Part shown: piece after piece, positions 1 to 12,700 of the stretch | How positions within the stretch are numbered: position 1 is the stretch's first letter | Layout of the letters: each line of letters starts with the position of its first letter | Origin: Lobosporangium transversale | Taxonomy: Eukaryota | DNA length: 41,899 nt | Assembly: GCF_002105155.1 (NCBI RefSeq) | Contig: NW_019029005.1 | Location: 496,001 to 537,899, forward strand | Reading direction: 5' to 3' | Made by a program: the position numbers and the translations under genes | The notes under the pieces: generated by a model | What the model saw: only the letters and a program-made list of their open reading frames with translations | The model's database searches: none | What the model was told of the DNA's origin: nothing

Positions 1-1486
1 TTACTAATTTGAGCGTCTCCCATAGAGCTCCTCTGGGCTGGCGATCCCCACCAACCTGCGTCATTTGCATCTATCGTACTTGGATCATGTCCGCAAGCGG
101 ATTCTGCTCGAGAGAAAGCAGCAAATTCGATGAAGACTCCTTCAGACCGATCGGCGAGTCGGCTTAGGCTTGTAGAAGAGACAATAACAGAGCTCCACTC
201 ACGGAGCAACTCCTTGACAACGACGACGTGGAAGAGGAGCTGGTGATAGTACTATGGCAATAGCTATCAGTATCAGGTATTTCCTCCTTCTTGGCCTTGT
301 TTAAACGTGGCAGAAATTGCAATTGGCCTTTTTTGTTCTCAAGTTGACAAGTGATAGGAAAAAAATGACCTTTGCCTTTCTCATCATTTGAACCTTCATT
401 TGTGCTACTCTCATCACCGTCTTCATAAGAAGATCCACTGCTCCCAGTGCTATTGCAGCCTGGCCTCTCCTCTTGCCTTCCTCGCCCTCTTTCCATGGCA
501 AGAAATTACGCCAGTCGTCTGCAACTCTGCGAATTGCCGAAAGTATGCAGAGCCTGGAGAACACTCGCGTAAATTTCTACGAACAATTCTTAACTGTTCT
601 TTCGCAACTTGCTTTTCTTCTTCCGTATAAAGATTGTCTACAACAGCTGCAATAGTAGTGGTAGTGTTGGCAGGCCGTATAGACGTCCCTGTAGCTTTTT
701 TGCGTCCAGGAATACTTCGCTTTTTTTTTGTCTTTTTCGGCTTGCAGTTGCTGCTATAGAATAATGGTCACAGCTTTGGTTTATTGCCGGCCACGGAGCC
801 GATAACCTCGGGGTCCTTGTTGCTGTAGTTTTCTCCTGACTATATTGGCGTTCTGTTGGGATTTTGCATAGGTCTTTCCCTTCTTACTGTTACTACAAAC
901 GCCGTCGACACTACTCGTACTGGCGGTGCTTCCAGAGCGGCGACGTTGATACTGGTGCACTGCCTGTCGAATGCTATAGAGTGGTGAGCGTGTAGGACTA
1001 TTCAATGGACGGGTCGGAAGGTAATGTTTGTAGTGGCCAACATGGTTTCCGTCAAAACCTGATATCATGCATGGAGGCCCTTCTTGAAGAGGTAGAGATA
1101 GTAGTCGTAGAAGTAGAGACCGCACCTAGCGGTGGTGGAGGGCAGTAAGGTGCGTACGAGGATTACATGAGCCTTGTCTATAACGGTGGTAATATATGTG
1201 TGTCTTACGGCCTGTTGGGTTTAAGAAAGCGAGGACTATAAACGTAAAAAAAAAAGAAAAAAAAAAAGAAATAGGGAAAAAATCAGCATGCAAATTACAT
1301 TCTACGTGTCTTTACTTTTCGTATTTTTTTTACCAGTAGATTTTCGTGCCTTTAGATGTTGCTTTTAGTAAGCTTATTGAGCTTCCAACAAATTTGCTGT
1401 CCTAGTGTTGTTCTTGGATGAGATAGACTGTTGCTGGTGTCTCTCGTTGCTTTTGTGGAAGCTGGGATGCTCTGGTACTTGAGCAT
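1..1486 (-). CDS. Hypothetical protein, 5' portion; runs off the window start
   Basis: Candidate ATG at 1486 (MLKYQSIPAST...), a GT-AG poly-T intron near 1236-1333, and protein-like S/T-rich fragments in ORFs 781-1125 and 164-496. No domain recognised. Confidence 0.4.
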
Positions 1487-1943
1487 TGAAGAAGAATAGA
1501 TGTTACGGTATGTTTGCGTGTAAATTAAGTGATAGAAACAAAGGGCAGTAAAAGAACAAGAAGTGTAAGCTAGCGCTAGTGTATGGATAGACTATGGAAG
1601 ATATTCAGCTGCCTGATGTTTGAAGCAAACAGGGAGTATGGTGAAAGCGCTTGTGTACAGTAGAATGAAAAGGGTTTATAGGCAAGTGAGTGAATGAAAA
1701 CGAGAAAGCAGCAAAGCAGAAAAATAAGTAATTCATAAAAGAGAAACGATTGGGAACTGTTTTTCTTCTTTACTAGAATCAAATGACAAACGAAGGGATA
1801 ATATGAAAATAAAGTGAGATAGGCACACCAATGGTAATGAATGCGTTTTGAGCCTTTTCTTTTCGCTGTTGAGATGGCATCGATGCCAGCTGAACCTGGA
1901 AGGGGACCGGTGGAAACAGAATCGACCAGCGAGAGCAGGGCTG

Positions 1944-1978
<35 letters not shown>

Positions 1979-2794
1979 GTGGAGCCGCTACAAATAAGAA
2001 AACTGGTATTATGTCACATCGATTATCAGCATGTCTGCATGATGGAACAATATCAGCATTGCATACCATAGGAGACCCTTGCATTCTTATATTCTTCTTA
2101 GCAAAACCTCTTAACTTCCTCGCTCTTCATATTAATGCCAACACAATAACTTTTTATGCAATTCTACAACTTTCAGCTAATGGTAAGCAGCGTCAAGGGA
2201 TGGCAGCAATAGTCACAACAGTAGTATGCTCATACTCTCATAGGCTCGCATAGAAAAAGAACAAAGTTAAAGAGGATTCTGATTCGATCTATGAAGCATT
2301 TTCATTACCTTTGGTGTGCATCAGACTTTTTCTATCTTTTTTGGTAAAGGTTCTATGTAATAGCATCCGGATGCGTTGGCCGCTCTCTCTGTTCTTTTTT
2401 AGTTGCTTTGGTCAATCACTTTGGGGAGTTTATGTCATTTGGGTTTTTTTGGCCGAGAAAGAGTCGGAGAAGCAAGACCAACACACAACATTGCGGAAGT
2501 TGAATTTTTTAAAAAAAAAACTTGCCCTGTGCGTAACAACGCGTGTCAGGTCACACACGACAATCTGATCAGAAACAGAAGGCTCATTCCATTACAGCCA
2601 CTGAAGAAACAGGACCCATCCTTCCCTTCATCCCGCTCCAGTTGTACATGCTTCGTAAAGTTAGCCGCAACACAGTGACAGCAAGAAGACATATATCTCA
2701 TCTTCCCTGAAGCAGCACCAACTTTGGATATACTCCACCATTAGTTTACGCCTTAAGCGATCAAGTAAGCGAAACTATCTACTACCTCATTTTC

Positions 2795-4262
2795 ATGCTC
2801 GGAATGGCGACTGATAAAACCAGTTCCATTGACCCAAGGAAGAGCAGAATGAAACAGAGTTCATCGCATTCATTTGACTCGGAAGATGATTCTGAATCTG
2901 ATCTTGAGATTGATTTGTCTCCAAATCCCAACGATCGAAAAAAAAGATCACAAAAGGAATCAATCAAAGTTCCGAAACATTTTGGCAAGAGTAACACACA
3001 GGTTTACGACAATATCTCTGTCTACGCTCCACCGGACTCCAACCTCATTTTCAAATGCTCTCAGAAGCGTGCTAACTGGTACCTCTCTCGAAATCTTGCC
3101 CGGCCACTGTCTCCAAATTCGATCCACCTCAACTTTTCACCCGCGGGACAGGGTCCATGTAAATGATCCCCTACCTGGAAGAGCGCGAAAATAAGTGCGT
3201 TATCTGTGGCTTGACTACTGCAGAACTGGTGCGACCATGTTGCACGTAGTTCCAGAACAATACAGAAAATGGTTCCCGATTCGGCTGAAAAGCCATTCCA
3301 GTCATGATATTGTCGTTGCCTGCCCAGAATGCAATGCCAAATGGGATAAAGAAGCAGCAGTTGTGCGCAAAAAGATTGTCGGGCTCTATAGCATACCTTT
3401 AGAAGGTATTGGATGGATTAAAGACCATGAGGCAAGTGTAGCAAAGAGATCTGCCGCTGCAGTGATCACAGAATGAATCGGCGATGGTTGGAGTATCATA
3501 CACAGTATAACCAACAGCAACAACAGCAACAACAGCAACAACAGCAACAAGAAAGCGATAAAGCCAAAAGGAAATCGATTACAAACAACATTGACTGCAA
3601 GCCCGTTACAGGAGAACCCTGGCTCGACTTCAAGAACAAGAAAGACAACAAAAATAAAATGCAGAATGTGATACCCCTTAGAAGAATGCAGGTTCTCGAG
3701 AAGAATGCTTGACTGGGGAATAGTCATCAAAAGGGTGATAAAGAACAATTGATAGAAACATCAACAATACAGAAGCGAGACTCTATGAACGATGCTGATG
3801 ACAGGAAGAGCCACGAAAAAGATGAAGGTTGATGATATTGATACTTCAATCCACTTCGCTTGTACCTTCAACAGGATTTCCAATACGAAGGAAACGATCA
3901 AAAGGCGAAAGGGGGAGAGAGGCACAGATAGAGGTCCGATTTCACCACCAGGAATACTCCACACATTAAATAGGACTATTCTAGACGGCAGCAATGGCAG
4001 CACAGGCAATATATAAAGGGCCGGACTACAAGGAACATGGCCAGTTAGTGATTGCGCGGGTGATGGCATCTTCGCCTGAGTTTTTTAGGATGCGGATGAA
4101 ACTCCTGGGACGATACGTCATGGAAGGATGCTGAACCATTGGATCCTGCTCCGGTAGGATGGCAAGATATTTCGGCTTTTGTCGGTCGTGAGACAGGCAT
4201 TCCTAGAACGAGCTATGCCACAACATCTCAGTTCACAATGGAGAGTTGAGAATCCTGTGTAA
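2795..4262 (+). CDS. EXD2-like C-terminal HNH/zinc-domain protein without a recognisable 3'-5' exonuclease domain
   Basis: Fragments read across frameshifts: VYDNISVYAPP..FKCSQKRANWYL, ENKCVICG, HVVPEQYRKWFPIRLKSHSSHDIVVACPEC, HGQLVI, and RQAFLERAMPQHLSSQWRVENPV*. These match the EXD2 C-terminal region from my recall of the family. Confidence 0.8.
3510..3550 (+). repeat. CAA/CAG polyglutamine tract within the EXD2-like gene
   Basis: Directly visible CAA/CAG run. Confidence 0.85.
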
Positions 4263-4513
4263 GCATTTTAAAGAAGCCTCTGCATGTAGACTATCTATTA
4301 CATGTGTTGGTTAAAGTGTTCTTTTTCGCTATGAATGAATGAAGAGTGTCATTTTTATAGTCCTGCACAAACCCAGTGATGCCTGTTGGCTTACTAACAG
4401 TGTCTCGTTTTTGCTATGCTTGAATTAAAAGAAAAGGACGCTATTTTTGGCTCTCTTTCACCTCTTCTCAACGTCAACCTCATTCGCTCTTGTCTCTTCA
4501 TCATTCTCATTCA

Positions 4514-4577
4514 TTCTCTCTCTCTCTTCCTCTCTCTCTCTCTCCTCTCTTCTCTCTCTCTCTCTCTCTCTTCTCTC

Positions 4578-4613
<36 letters not shown>

Positions 4614-4630
4614 GCTCTCGCTCTCTCTTC
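4514..4630. repeat. Imperfect (CT)n microsatellite upstream of the AMFR-like gene
   Basis: About 115 bp of CT repeats. Confidence 0.95.
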
Positions 4631-4723
4631 TTATTTTTTATTAATCCCCTTACCCTTTGTCACAATACCTTCAACTCTTTTGATTTAACCTCGCATCGTT
4701 CATCGCTTATTTGCGCATCCGGG

Positions 4724-5528
4724 ATGCGTTCTCGATTTAACCGCTACTCATTGCTTTCAGTGGCAGCCACGTTGTTGTATCGCTTATCCTCTTCATAAAT
4801 CGCTCTTTCATACTCCATCCTCATCTCAACCTTGGTCTGCTAAAGTCTCTTGAGCCCTTTCTTAAAGACGTTGTTCTTTTGGCGCAGACTCGCCGTTTCA
4901 CACTCTTCCTTCGACAATGTTCTCAATGAGATTCTGCGTCATGGTCATCTTCATCGTAATTAAAGCAACAGCAGAAGGATGGTTTGAGTAGAATGTCAAG
5001 GACAAGGATACGTATCTGTAGTTTATTCACGATCGATACACTTCGGATCCAAAACGAACTTGTGGGAATAACAAGATTATGAGACAAGCCGATTTCTTGG
5101 AGGAGCAGCAGGTATAGGCAATGGATTCCGACCCTCAGTCTTTCAAGCAGTGGCAGAACGATACCTCAAATTCAGGACGCCATCTCCAGCTGTGCTGCTG
5201 CAGCTACAGGTCATTCTGTCCTACTTGCAGAATGAAAAGCTGTGTGTTCTGGTGAGTGAGCAAACCGCTCTTCAAACATCTGGCGACAGCTAAAAAAGAA
5301 GCTTTATTCACACGCTATTTTGTTTAGGTCTTTACAAACATGGCATTTTGTCTAGCCTTCCTCACTGGGCGACTGATCCTGAGGACTTTCTTTGGCGATC
5401 TACGAATGATTGAACGGCAGGTAGGTGCTCTTTCCTATTTACTTGATCATTGGTAGAAGAAAGAGAATGACCAAAAGTCAAAATGAAAGGACCAACTACA
5501 GCAGAGACAAATCAATACCCAACACCTT

Positions 5529-5559
<31 letters not shown>

Positions 5560-7758
5560 GTGAAAAAGTGAAAAAGTGAAAAAGTAGAAAGCTTATATCG
5601 AGGATCAATCCTCTTCCCGTCATGACCAGGGATACAACCACCACTTGTTCATCATGGGATTTGGTACTTTCCATTCAGAATTATCAACATCAACATGGAG
5701 AAGGGCGAGGGGAGGTTCAAATTGTGTTCCTGTCCAATTGGGTTTGATTTTATTGCTTTTTTGAAAGCACTAAAGTATCATCGTGTGACAATCCCATCCT
5801 ATCCCAGTATAATTTACACTTCCCCACCTTCTCTCTCTCCCCAAAAAAAAAAAAAAAAAAAAAAAAATCATAGCACATGTATGATAGGGCACTAAACTTC
5901 CTGCTTTTTAAAGTCGTCTTTGGGGTGCCATTCTGGAGCCTCGCTGGGAAAACTTTTAATCTGGACTGCCTGGTTCACTATCCTCGGATTTCACGAGTCT
6001 TTAGCATGCTGTGCCGTGATCGGTTTGAATTTGTATGAATATGCAACAATGTTTACTGTACCAATTTCATTGTAGTCATCTGTGTAACTCTTCGCCTCTT
6101 TCAGATGCACTTTGCCAACAAACTCCTTCTTCCCTTCTTATTATAGTAACTGTATCGCCTAAATCCCCGTCATAGTCCATATCAAGATTTTGAGCATGCT
6201 CACAATGATCTTGGTCTCGAACATTGCGTGGTTTTACTCTGTATCTCGGTCTTCCGATCCATGTTACTTCCTGTCCTTTGAGGTATGTATCTAAATCTTG
6301 ATTTTTTTTTTTCTTCTTCGTGAAAACACAAAAAACCAAGATTTCATAATTAACAAGCCCCGGCTAAACTTGTAACCCCTGTGTTTTGAATTCTCTTAGT
6401 GCTTCACATTGTTCCTGGACACGGTTCAGACACTTGTGAAATACATTATCCATCTTGGTGATTTATCACGTCAAGACCAGTGAATCACGAAGAATGATTC
6501 AATACTATACCGAATTTGTTACTGACACGATGATTTTGGTGACAACTTGGGACACTACTCCATTTATGGTGAGTCAACAAGAAGATCTGGTTAAAAAAAA
6601 AAAAAAAAAAAAAGTTATATCTAACATATATCTATACATCTATACATTATTTTTATTTTAATTATTTGATCAGTATTTGCATGGGATCTCATTTACACTC
6701 ATTGATGCAGTGCTGTTCTTAACATGAGAAGCGTGTTCAACATTTAAGGAAAAAACTTGCCGGTCATCATGCCTACCGCCAGGCTCTCAATAACATGCAG
6801 CATTATACCCATCAGCAACAGAGAAGGAACTGGAAGATTATAGCGATGACTGTGCTATCTGCAGGGACAGTATGGCCTCAGCAAAAGTCCTTCATGTGGT
6901 CATATCTTTCACTTGTTTTGTTTCTCGGTCCTGGCTTAACATCACAGCTCGTGTCCCACATGCAGGCGGCATTGTCCGTCAAAACAGAATCAAATAGGGT
7001 AGTGAATAGTGGTTCGAATGGTATTTCTAGTCATAACGTGAACCGCGCCAATGTTGAGACAGCTGCAGCGCCTACCTTGAGCGACATCCAATATTCTAGC
7101 CGCATTGGGCCACCAACCGCTACCCCTTCGTTACAAGCTCTATCAGTGCCATCCTCTAGTTCAACCAATACTCCACATATTCTTCAGTGGGTAATCATTC
7201 ATCGTCAAGTGCTCCTACCCATAATAGCGCTTCAGGCAACAATAGCAATCGTTCTAGTACAGGGCATCAATTGTTTACATTCAACTCTGAGCAGCAGCCA
7301 TGGCTGAGTCGTCTGGGCTTCCAAGAATCACAGTGGAGGTCGTAGATCCAGCACAGAGAAGAAGACCAAAGTAGCTCTGACTTATACTCTTCAATCTCAT
7401 TCGCACACCAGTACCCATTCAATCCACCAACGTCCCCTTCATAGTCTATTCCCTATTCTTCACATCAGCAACTATCGCCGAGGATGACAGTACGGATGAA
7501 GATGAGGATGAAGATTTGAGAAGAGCCATTGCTGAGAGCTTGGCTTTGAGTCAACTGACGCAATCACAAATCAACATCAAATTTGCCGTTAACAGCCTCA
7601 ACAACGACAGCAGCGGCGACAGCAACAGCGACGACTATAACAGCAACGAGCGAACATTTGAGTCGGGACATCGGTCATAAATCGTCTACAACATTAGCCG
7701 GAGCAGCGATTCTGAGTGTGGCCCTAGTCAGAGCCAAGTCGAAGAGCTAGCCTTGTGA
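4724..7758 (+). CDS. AMFR/gp78/HRD1-family multi-pass membrane RING-H2 E3 ligase, multi-exon, with a C-terminal UIM-like motif
   Basis: Exons read VFTNMAFCLAF..FFGDLRMIERQ | HMYDRALNFLLFKVVF. RING near 6845-6965 (DDCAICR..CGHIFH..SCPTCR across indels). DEDEDLRRAIAESLALSQ near 7495-7553. Confidence 0.85.
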
Positions 7759-8096
7759 GCGAAATTGAGTTGATCATAGGAACAGCATTGGTGGGGTAGA
7801 CGAGAGACTATGCCCACCTGTGATCTCAAAGTTGATTGAATTGAGCGAGTTACACGTAGTGTACCAAGTCAGAGAGTCTACTTTGAGTTGTGAATAACTC
7901 AAACTTGTATTTTTATTCCTTTATCTAACTAACCCTTAACTAAAGTTCAAGTGACTGTCCCTCCAAAAAAAAAAAAAAAAATAATAAACAGTCAGTGCTT
8001 GTTGCTTGCCATGTATTTTTTTTTTTTTTACCACACGCCATTATAAATCTCCCCATCCATCGTCGCATACTTCTTGTCAGTCTTCTACATTTACAT

Positions 8097-9373
8097 AATA
8101 ATACCGACGAGGGTACGTCTTTCTGACCAATGTGTTGCTCTAATATACACATCCTAGCCTTTCGCTTTATCTCTTGAGCCCAAAAGGAGGAATAATAATA
8201 AAAAAGAAGAGACACAATAACCAAGCTAATCATGGACTTTATCTATGTTGCAACTCATAAAAAACTGTAGTTATTGGCAGGTTATCAACCAACAATTTTG
8301 CTCATACAAAGTCAAGTAAGTCTAGGGTCCAACATAATATAGATTCATACAATATCAAAGATATAAATGTTTGGTTGATTTCATGAATAAAACCTATAAT
8401 TTTGGCCTGGTTCGGAGCACTTGTTTTGCTTCACTATATTAACTCACTTTTTTTTTCCTATTATACTTATGCCTCATCTTATCAACGATTGGATCATTGG
8501 AAAACCAAATAAACCAAATAAAACCAATAAAAACCAATAAAAAAAAAATAAAAAAAAATCAGGACACCAACAGGGAATTTTTGCAGGAACGAATACAATG
8601 CGACGGGTCTCTGCAACCGTCAATCCTGCCCTCTCGCCAACTCTCGATACGCTACAGTTCGTGAGCAGAATGGAGTGATCTACTTGTTTGTGAAGACACC
8701 TGAACGAGCACACTCACTGCCAAGTGGGAGAAGATCAAGTTGTCCAAAAACTATGCACAGGCACTGGAGCAAATTGATAAGGAATTGATCTACTGGCCTA
8801 ACTTTTCGATCCACAAGTGTAAGCAGCGTCTGACAGAGATTACACAATACTTGATCAAGATGCGTAAACTAAAATTGAAAGCGGATGAGAGACCCAAGCT
8901 GGTAGGGATCAAGAAAAAAGTTGAGCGGCGGGAGGCCAGGAGAGAAGCCAAGGCAGAAGCTGCAGCGAGATTAGATAAGGCGATCGAGAAGGAGCTACTG
9001 GATCGACTGAAGTCACATGCATACGGCGATGCACCCTTGAATGTACATGAAGATGTTTGGAAAGAAATTTTGGAAGGCGAGAAGGAGAACTAGAGATTGA
9101 TAGTGATCAGACCGATGAAGATGACTCACAGTCAAAGCAGAGGAGGAAGAGGAAGAGGATGAAGAACGCGAGTTTGTTTCGGATCAAAGCGAGGATGAGG
9201 AAGATATGGAAGACATGTTTGAGAAGGAATATGAGGTAGGCAATCATTTAGTAACGCTTTTTTTTTTTCTTTTTTTTTATTCGATGCACCATCGTTTATA
9301 TGGTATGGCTATATTAATCATAACATTTATCTTTTCAACGTAATTCTCTTAGCACGAGACTGTGGCTCTATAA
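8097..9373 (+). CDS. MAK16: MAK16, 60S ribosome biogenesis factor (multi-exon; start approximate)
   Basis: [14 protein letters not shown] | [77 protein letters not shown], followed by an acidic tail. Confidence 0.95.
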
Positions 9374-9547
9374 ACAATTTTTTTTTATCGTTTATCATCA
9401 TTTCGACAGCCATACATACATATCCATCATAGCCACCGTGAAACATATATATACATATACTGCATTGAACGACAAATAATAACATTATAGCAAACAATGG
9501 CTTAAATGGAAACAGCTTGAAATAAAAAATAAATAAAAAATAAATAA

Positions 9548-9582
<35 letters not shown>

Positions 9583-9585
<3 letters not shown>

Positions 9586-9781
9586 CATGGGAGCGTTCTG
9601 GTTGGAAATCTTGGATGTGATTTGTCTATCATTAATTTTTAACAATGAACCTTATTATCTGTTGATCTGTACGGTTTTTAAAGTTAGTCCGGAAATTCAG
9701 GGGCAAAAGATTAGAGAGGATGGAGACGAAAATAAACAGAACTTACAAATTTTTTGTGGGTGTGCCGGCCCAATATTGTGT
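9583..9781 (-). ncRNA. Putative omega/guide-RNA or 3' UTR region of the Fanzor-like gene
   Basis: Positional inference only: TnpB/Fanzor guide scaffolds lie at the gene 3' end. The region ends in a GCTC-CCAT-GAGC hairpin followed by a T-tract on the minus strand. Confidence 0.25.
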
Positions 9782-12700
9782 CTAGCGTCGTGCGCGCTTT
9801 GCAGCCGGAGCAGGCGACTCTTCCGTGGGCTTGTACTTTGCAGGCCTCTCTTGTCTCTCAATTTGAGCAAGACCGATTCTTGCGATGTTTTCCGCCCCTA
9901 CTGCGTCACGGTCGAAGAATACTTACATGCCCGGCAATATTTAGAGCGAGGGTACACCGTCTCTAAAAAGCTATCCAGAGGGGTCGGGGACAGCGGGCGC
10001 TGGTGTAAAATTCGTGCGCTCCTACAGTAAGTGTCCTGCCTTTGACCTAAGTGTTTCAAATGGCAGTCGTTTATTAGCAAGGGTTCTATGGCTTTCCAGC
10101 TTTTCTTACTTTTTTAAAAAAAAGCCATACCTGTGTGACAAGATGTCTCGTTATAGCAGTGTGCTTGCTGGGAACTCCTTTACTACTTTCAAAGGACCCT
10201 AGGCCGACGACAAGCACTCCTTTATCCCCAAGCATCTTCAACACTCGCTGTACGCGTAGTCGAACGTAGCTCGTTGAGCCTTTCGTAGGTCCCATTTTTT
10301 TTTCAGGATGCCATCTGGATTCGTAGAACTCTTGAAGCACATCCAAATTCGTTGATCCTGTCTGTGTCTGAGACTCCTCGTTCATCCATTGAAAGTACTC
10401 ATTATACGTATCCCTTCCAAACACAGGGATGGCGCTCTCAACCTCAATCATTCCTTTTTCACGCTTCCTTTTGTTCAACAGGTGATTGAAGCGGAGGACG
10501 GGAGGTACAAGAACCTGCTTCTCACCTTTACCGTTTGCCGCAAGTTAGGGTTGTGAGGGTCCAGCGAGGAAAACGTAAGGGCGTTAACAATACCAGGATC
10601 ACATCCGACGATAGTTGTGGTGTTTGCGGATGGGCATCGCCCTGGTTTGTTGAATGTGAGCTCAACGTTTTCAAGCAGCTTGGAGCTCCTCTTCCAGTTT
10701 ATGTTCTGTAGTCTTCATCTGTTAGGTCTTCACCGGCCGCCTTTGAACACGTCGTGTTGAGAAATCCCTGAGAAAGCTCCAGTTCTTGGCTGGGGTCTTC
10801 TTCATCTACGTCAGACTGCTGCTGTCTCTTCGTCTGGGTTGTGTCATAGGCAAGTAGATTCAGAACTAGACCGTTGGTAGAAATCGTTCCTTTGAGTTTG
10901 AACCGAGTTAGATCTTTGTCCTGTGACTGCAGGGATACTTTGTCTTGATATCCACGAACCATGCGATCACCTCCAATGTCACAAAAGAGAGCCTGTATCA
11001 AAACCCCTTTTGTTCCCTGTACACACTCATACATTGCAGTCTTGGAAGGATTATTGAGAGGCAGAATACGCTCCAGCAGCTGCTTGGTATCTTCGTTCGC
11101 CCAGAGGATGTCAACTAGGGCGTGTTCAGACAGATACACATACCCGGGTGACCAGGGGACGTAGGAAAGTCTGAGTATTTTTTCACTTTTTTGTTCTCCC
11201 GCAAAAAAAACTCAATGTCGCTCATATCTTCGTTTGTTTTCTCGACATCAAACTAGAAAAAAAAAAAAAAAAAAAAAAAAGTCTGAATAAAAAAAAAAAA
11301 AAAAAAAAAAACAAAAACCATAAAAGCTATACCATTGCGTTCCTGTAGTGCTGCCTTAATGATGTCTGTACTTGGCCCATTAGTAGCTCTGACGCTCTTG
11401 GAAATGTGATCTTTTTGGGATCAAAGCCTTGACGTCCCCCAATGTGATGTCTATTTCCTTTATTGGGGAAAGTTCAGTGGTGGCCTTGAAATGTTCATAA
11501 GCGAGGGATGTGGGGCGTTTCTACCGCCTTTCCTTGTTTTTTTGCCCTCGCGTAAGCTGAATTGGGGCCACCTTGACCACTCAAAAGAAGGGTGGCGAGA
11601 CGGAAGGAATAATCATTGCTATCCAAGACCTCGTCCAGTGCCTTTTTCCTCGACTTTGCTGCCCCTGGTAACCGCATGATCCTCTCAATGTCCAAGGCAA
11701 TCGCCCAGTATGCATAGCGGCGTAGTCGGTTGAGGACAACAACTGCCCCTCGGATCTGGCTTGCAATACTATCCCTTTCATCTGCGTCCAGTCCGCCTTT
11801 CCTTGCCATGGAGGCCTTAAGGGACCCAATTGTTAAGGCCTTGATAGGGTCTTACTGCTGTAGCTGTGATCAACCTTCGTAGCATCCTTCAAGTTCCTAA
11901 TTGGTGCACCTTCTTTTTTGCCCTGTGGGGCTTCTTGCCTTTGTGCTTCCGCTTTTGTTTTTTCTGTTGCTTCTTTTTTGCCTTTCTCCGACGTGGTGGA
12001 TGCTTAAGGCCCGGCCTATCGTGCTGACGGCAGTTACTGATATCAACTGTGCGCCCATTCAATATGCTCGCCTTGTCAGAAAAGATGGGCCGGAACTGGT
12101 TCCTATGTGACCCTTCCGCTATATAGAATGATGGTCGCCTCTACATTATTCAAGAAAGGGACTAACGATTAGTATTGGGGACGTCTGGTTTCAAGGCCAA
12201 AAACTATAGCTTGAGCTTTCTTACGTTCTGCGGCGCTGCGCTCGCCTTTGCTGAGCCATTCTATGGCGAAGATCCTTTCCATTGAGTAGACGCTGCTTGA
12301 AGTTATCGAACTCATTGTTCGATGGTAACGCTTGGGCCGACGTTTGATGGCCGGAAGTAAAAATGCGGAGAGCTACACTGAAACGGCCTTCCTCAGAGGC
12401 TACGTTCCTTCCCAACACCTTACTAGCTTCCCTTAGGTAGCCGAAGCATTTTATTGTAGTTCTGTTCCACGCAACCTTTCGAATTAATCGAAGATTATTA
12501 ACGGGCCTAACGTCTCGAGGTTCCTTGAGTAGTCATTGCCTGCGATGGCACAGAATAACACCAGATGCGCGTGTGTTGGCAGTCTTAGTGCTTGGATAAC
12601 GTTGTCTACGTCGTAAACCCCAAACTTCCGTCTACGGTGCGGAAGGGGTCGCACTAGGAAGCAGACTCGTTCGTACGCAAAAAAATCAGAGTCTTGGGAT

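Noticed and set aside
4416..4798. L/S-rich ORFs
   Set aside because: Artefacts of the (CT)n microsatellite.
9587..10030. 147-aa plus-strand ORF
   Set aside because: Antisense shadow of the Fanzor RuvC end with no recognisable motifs.
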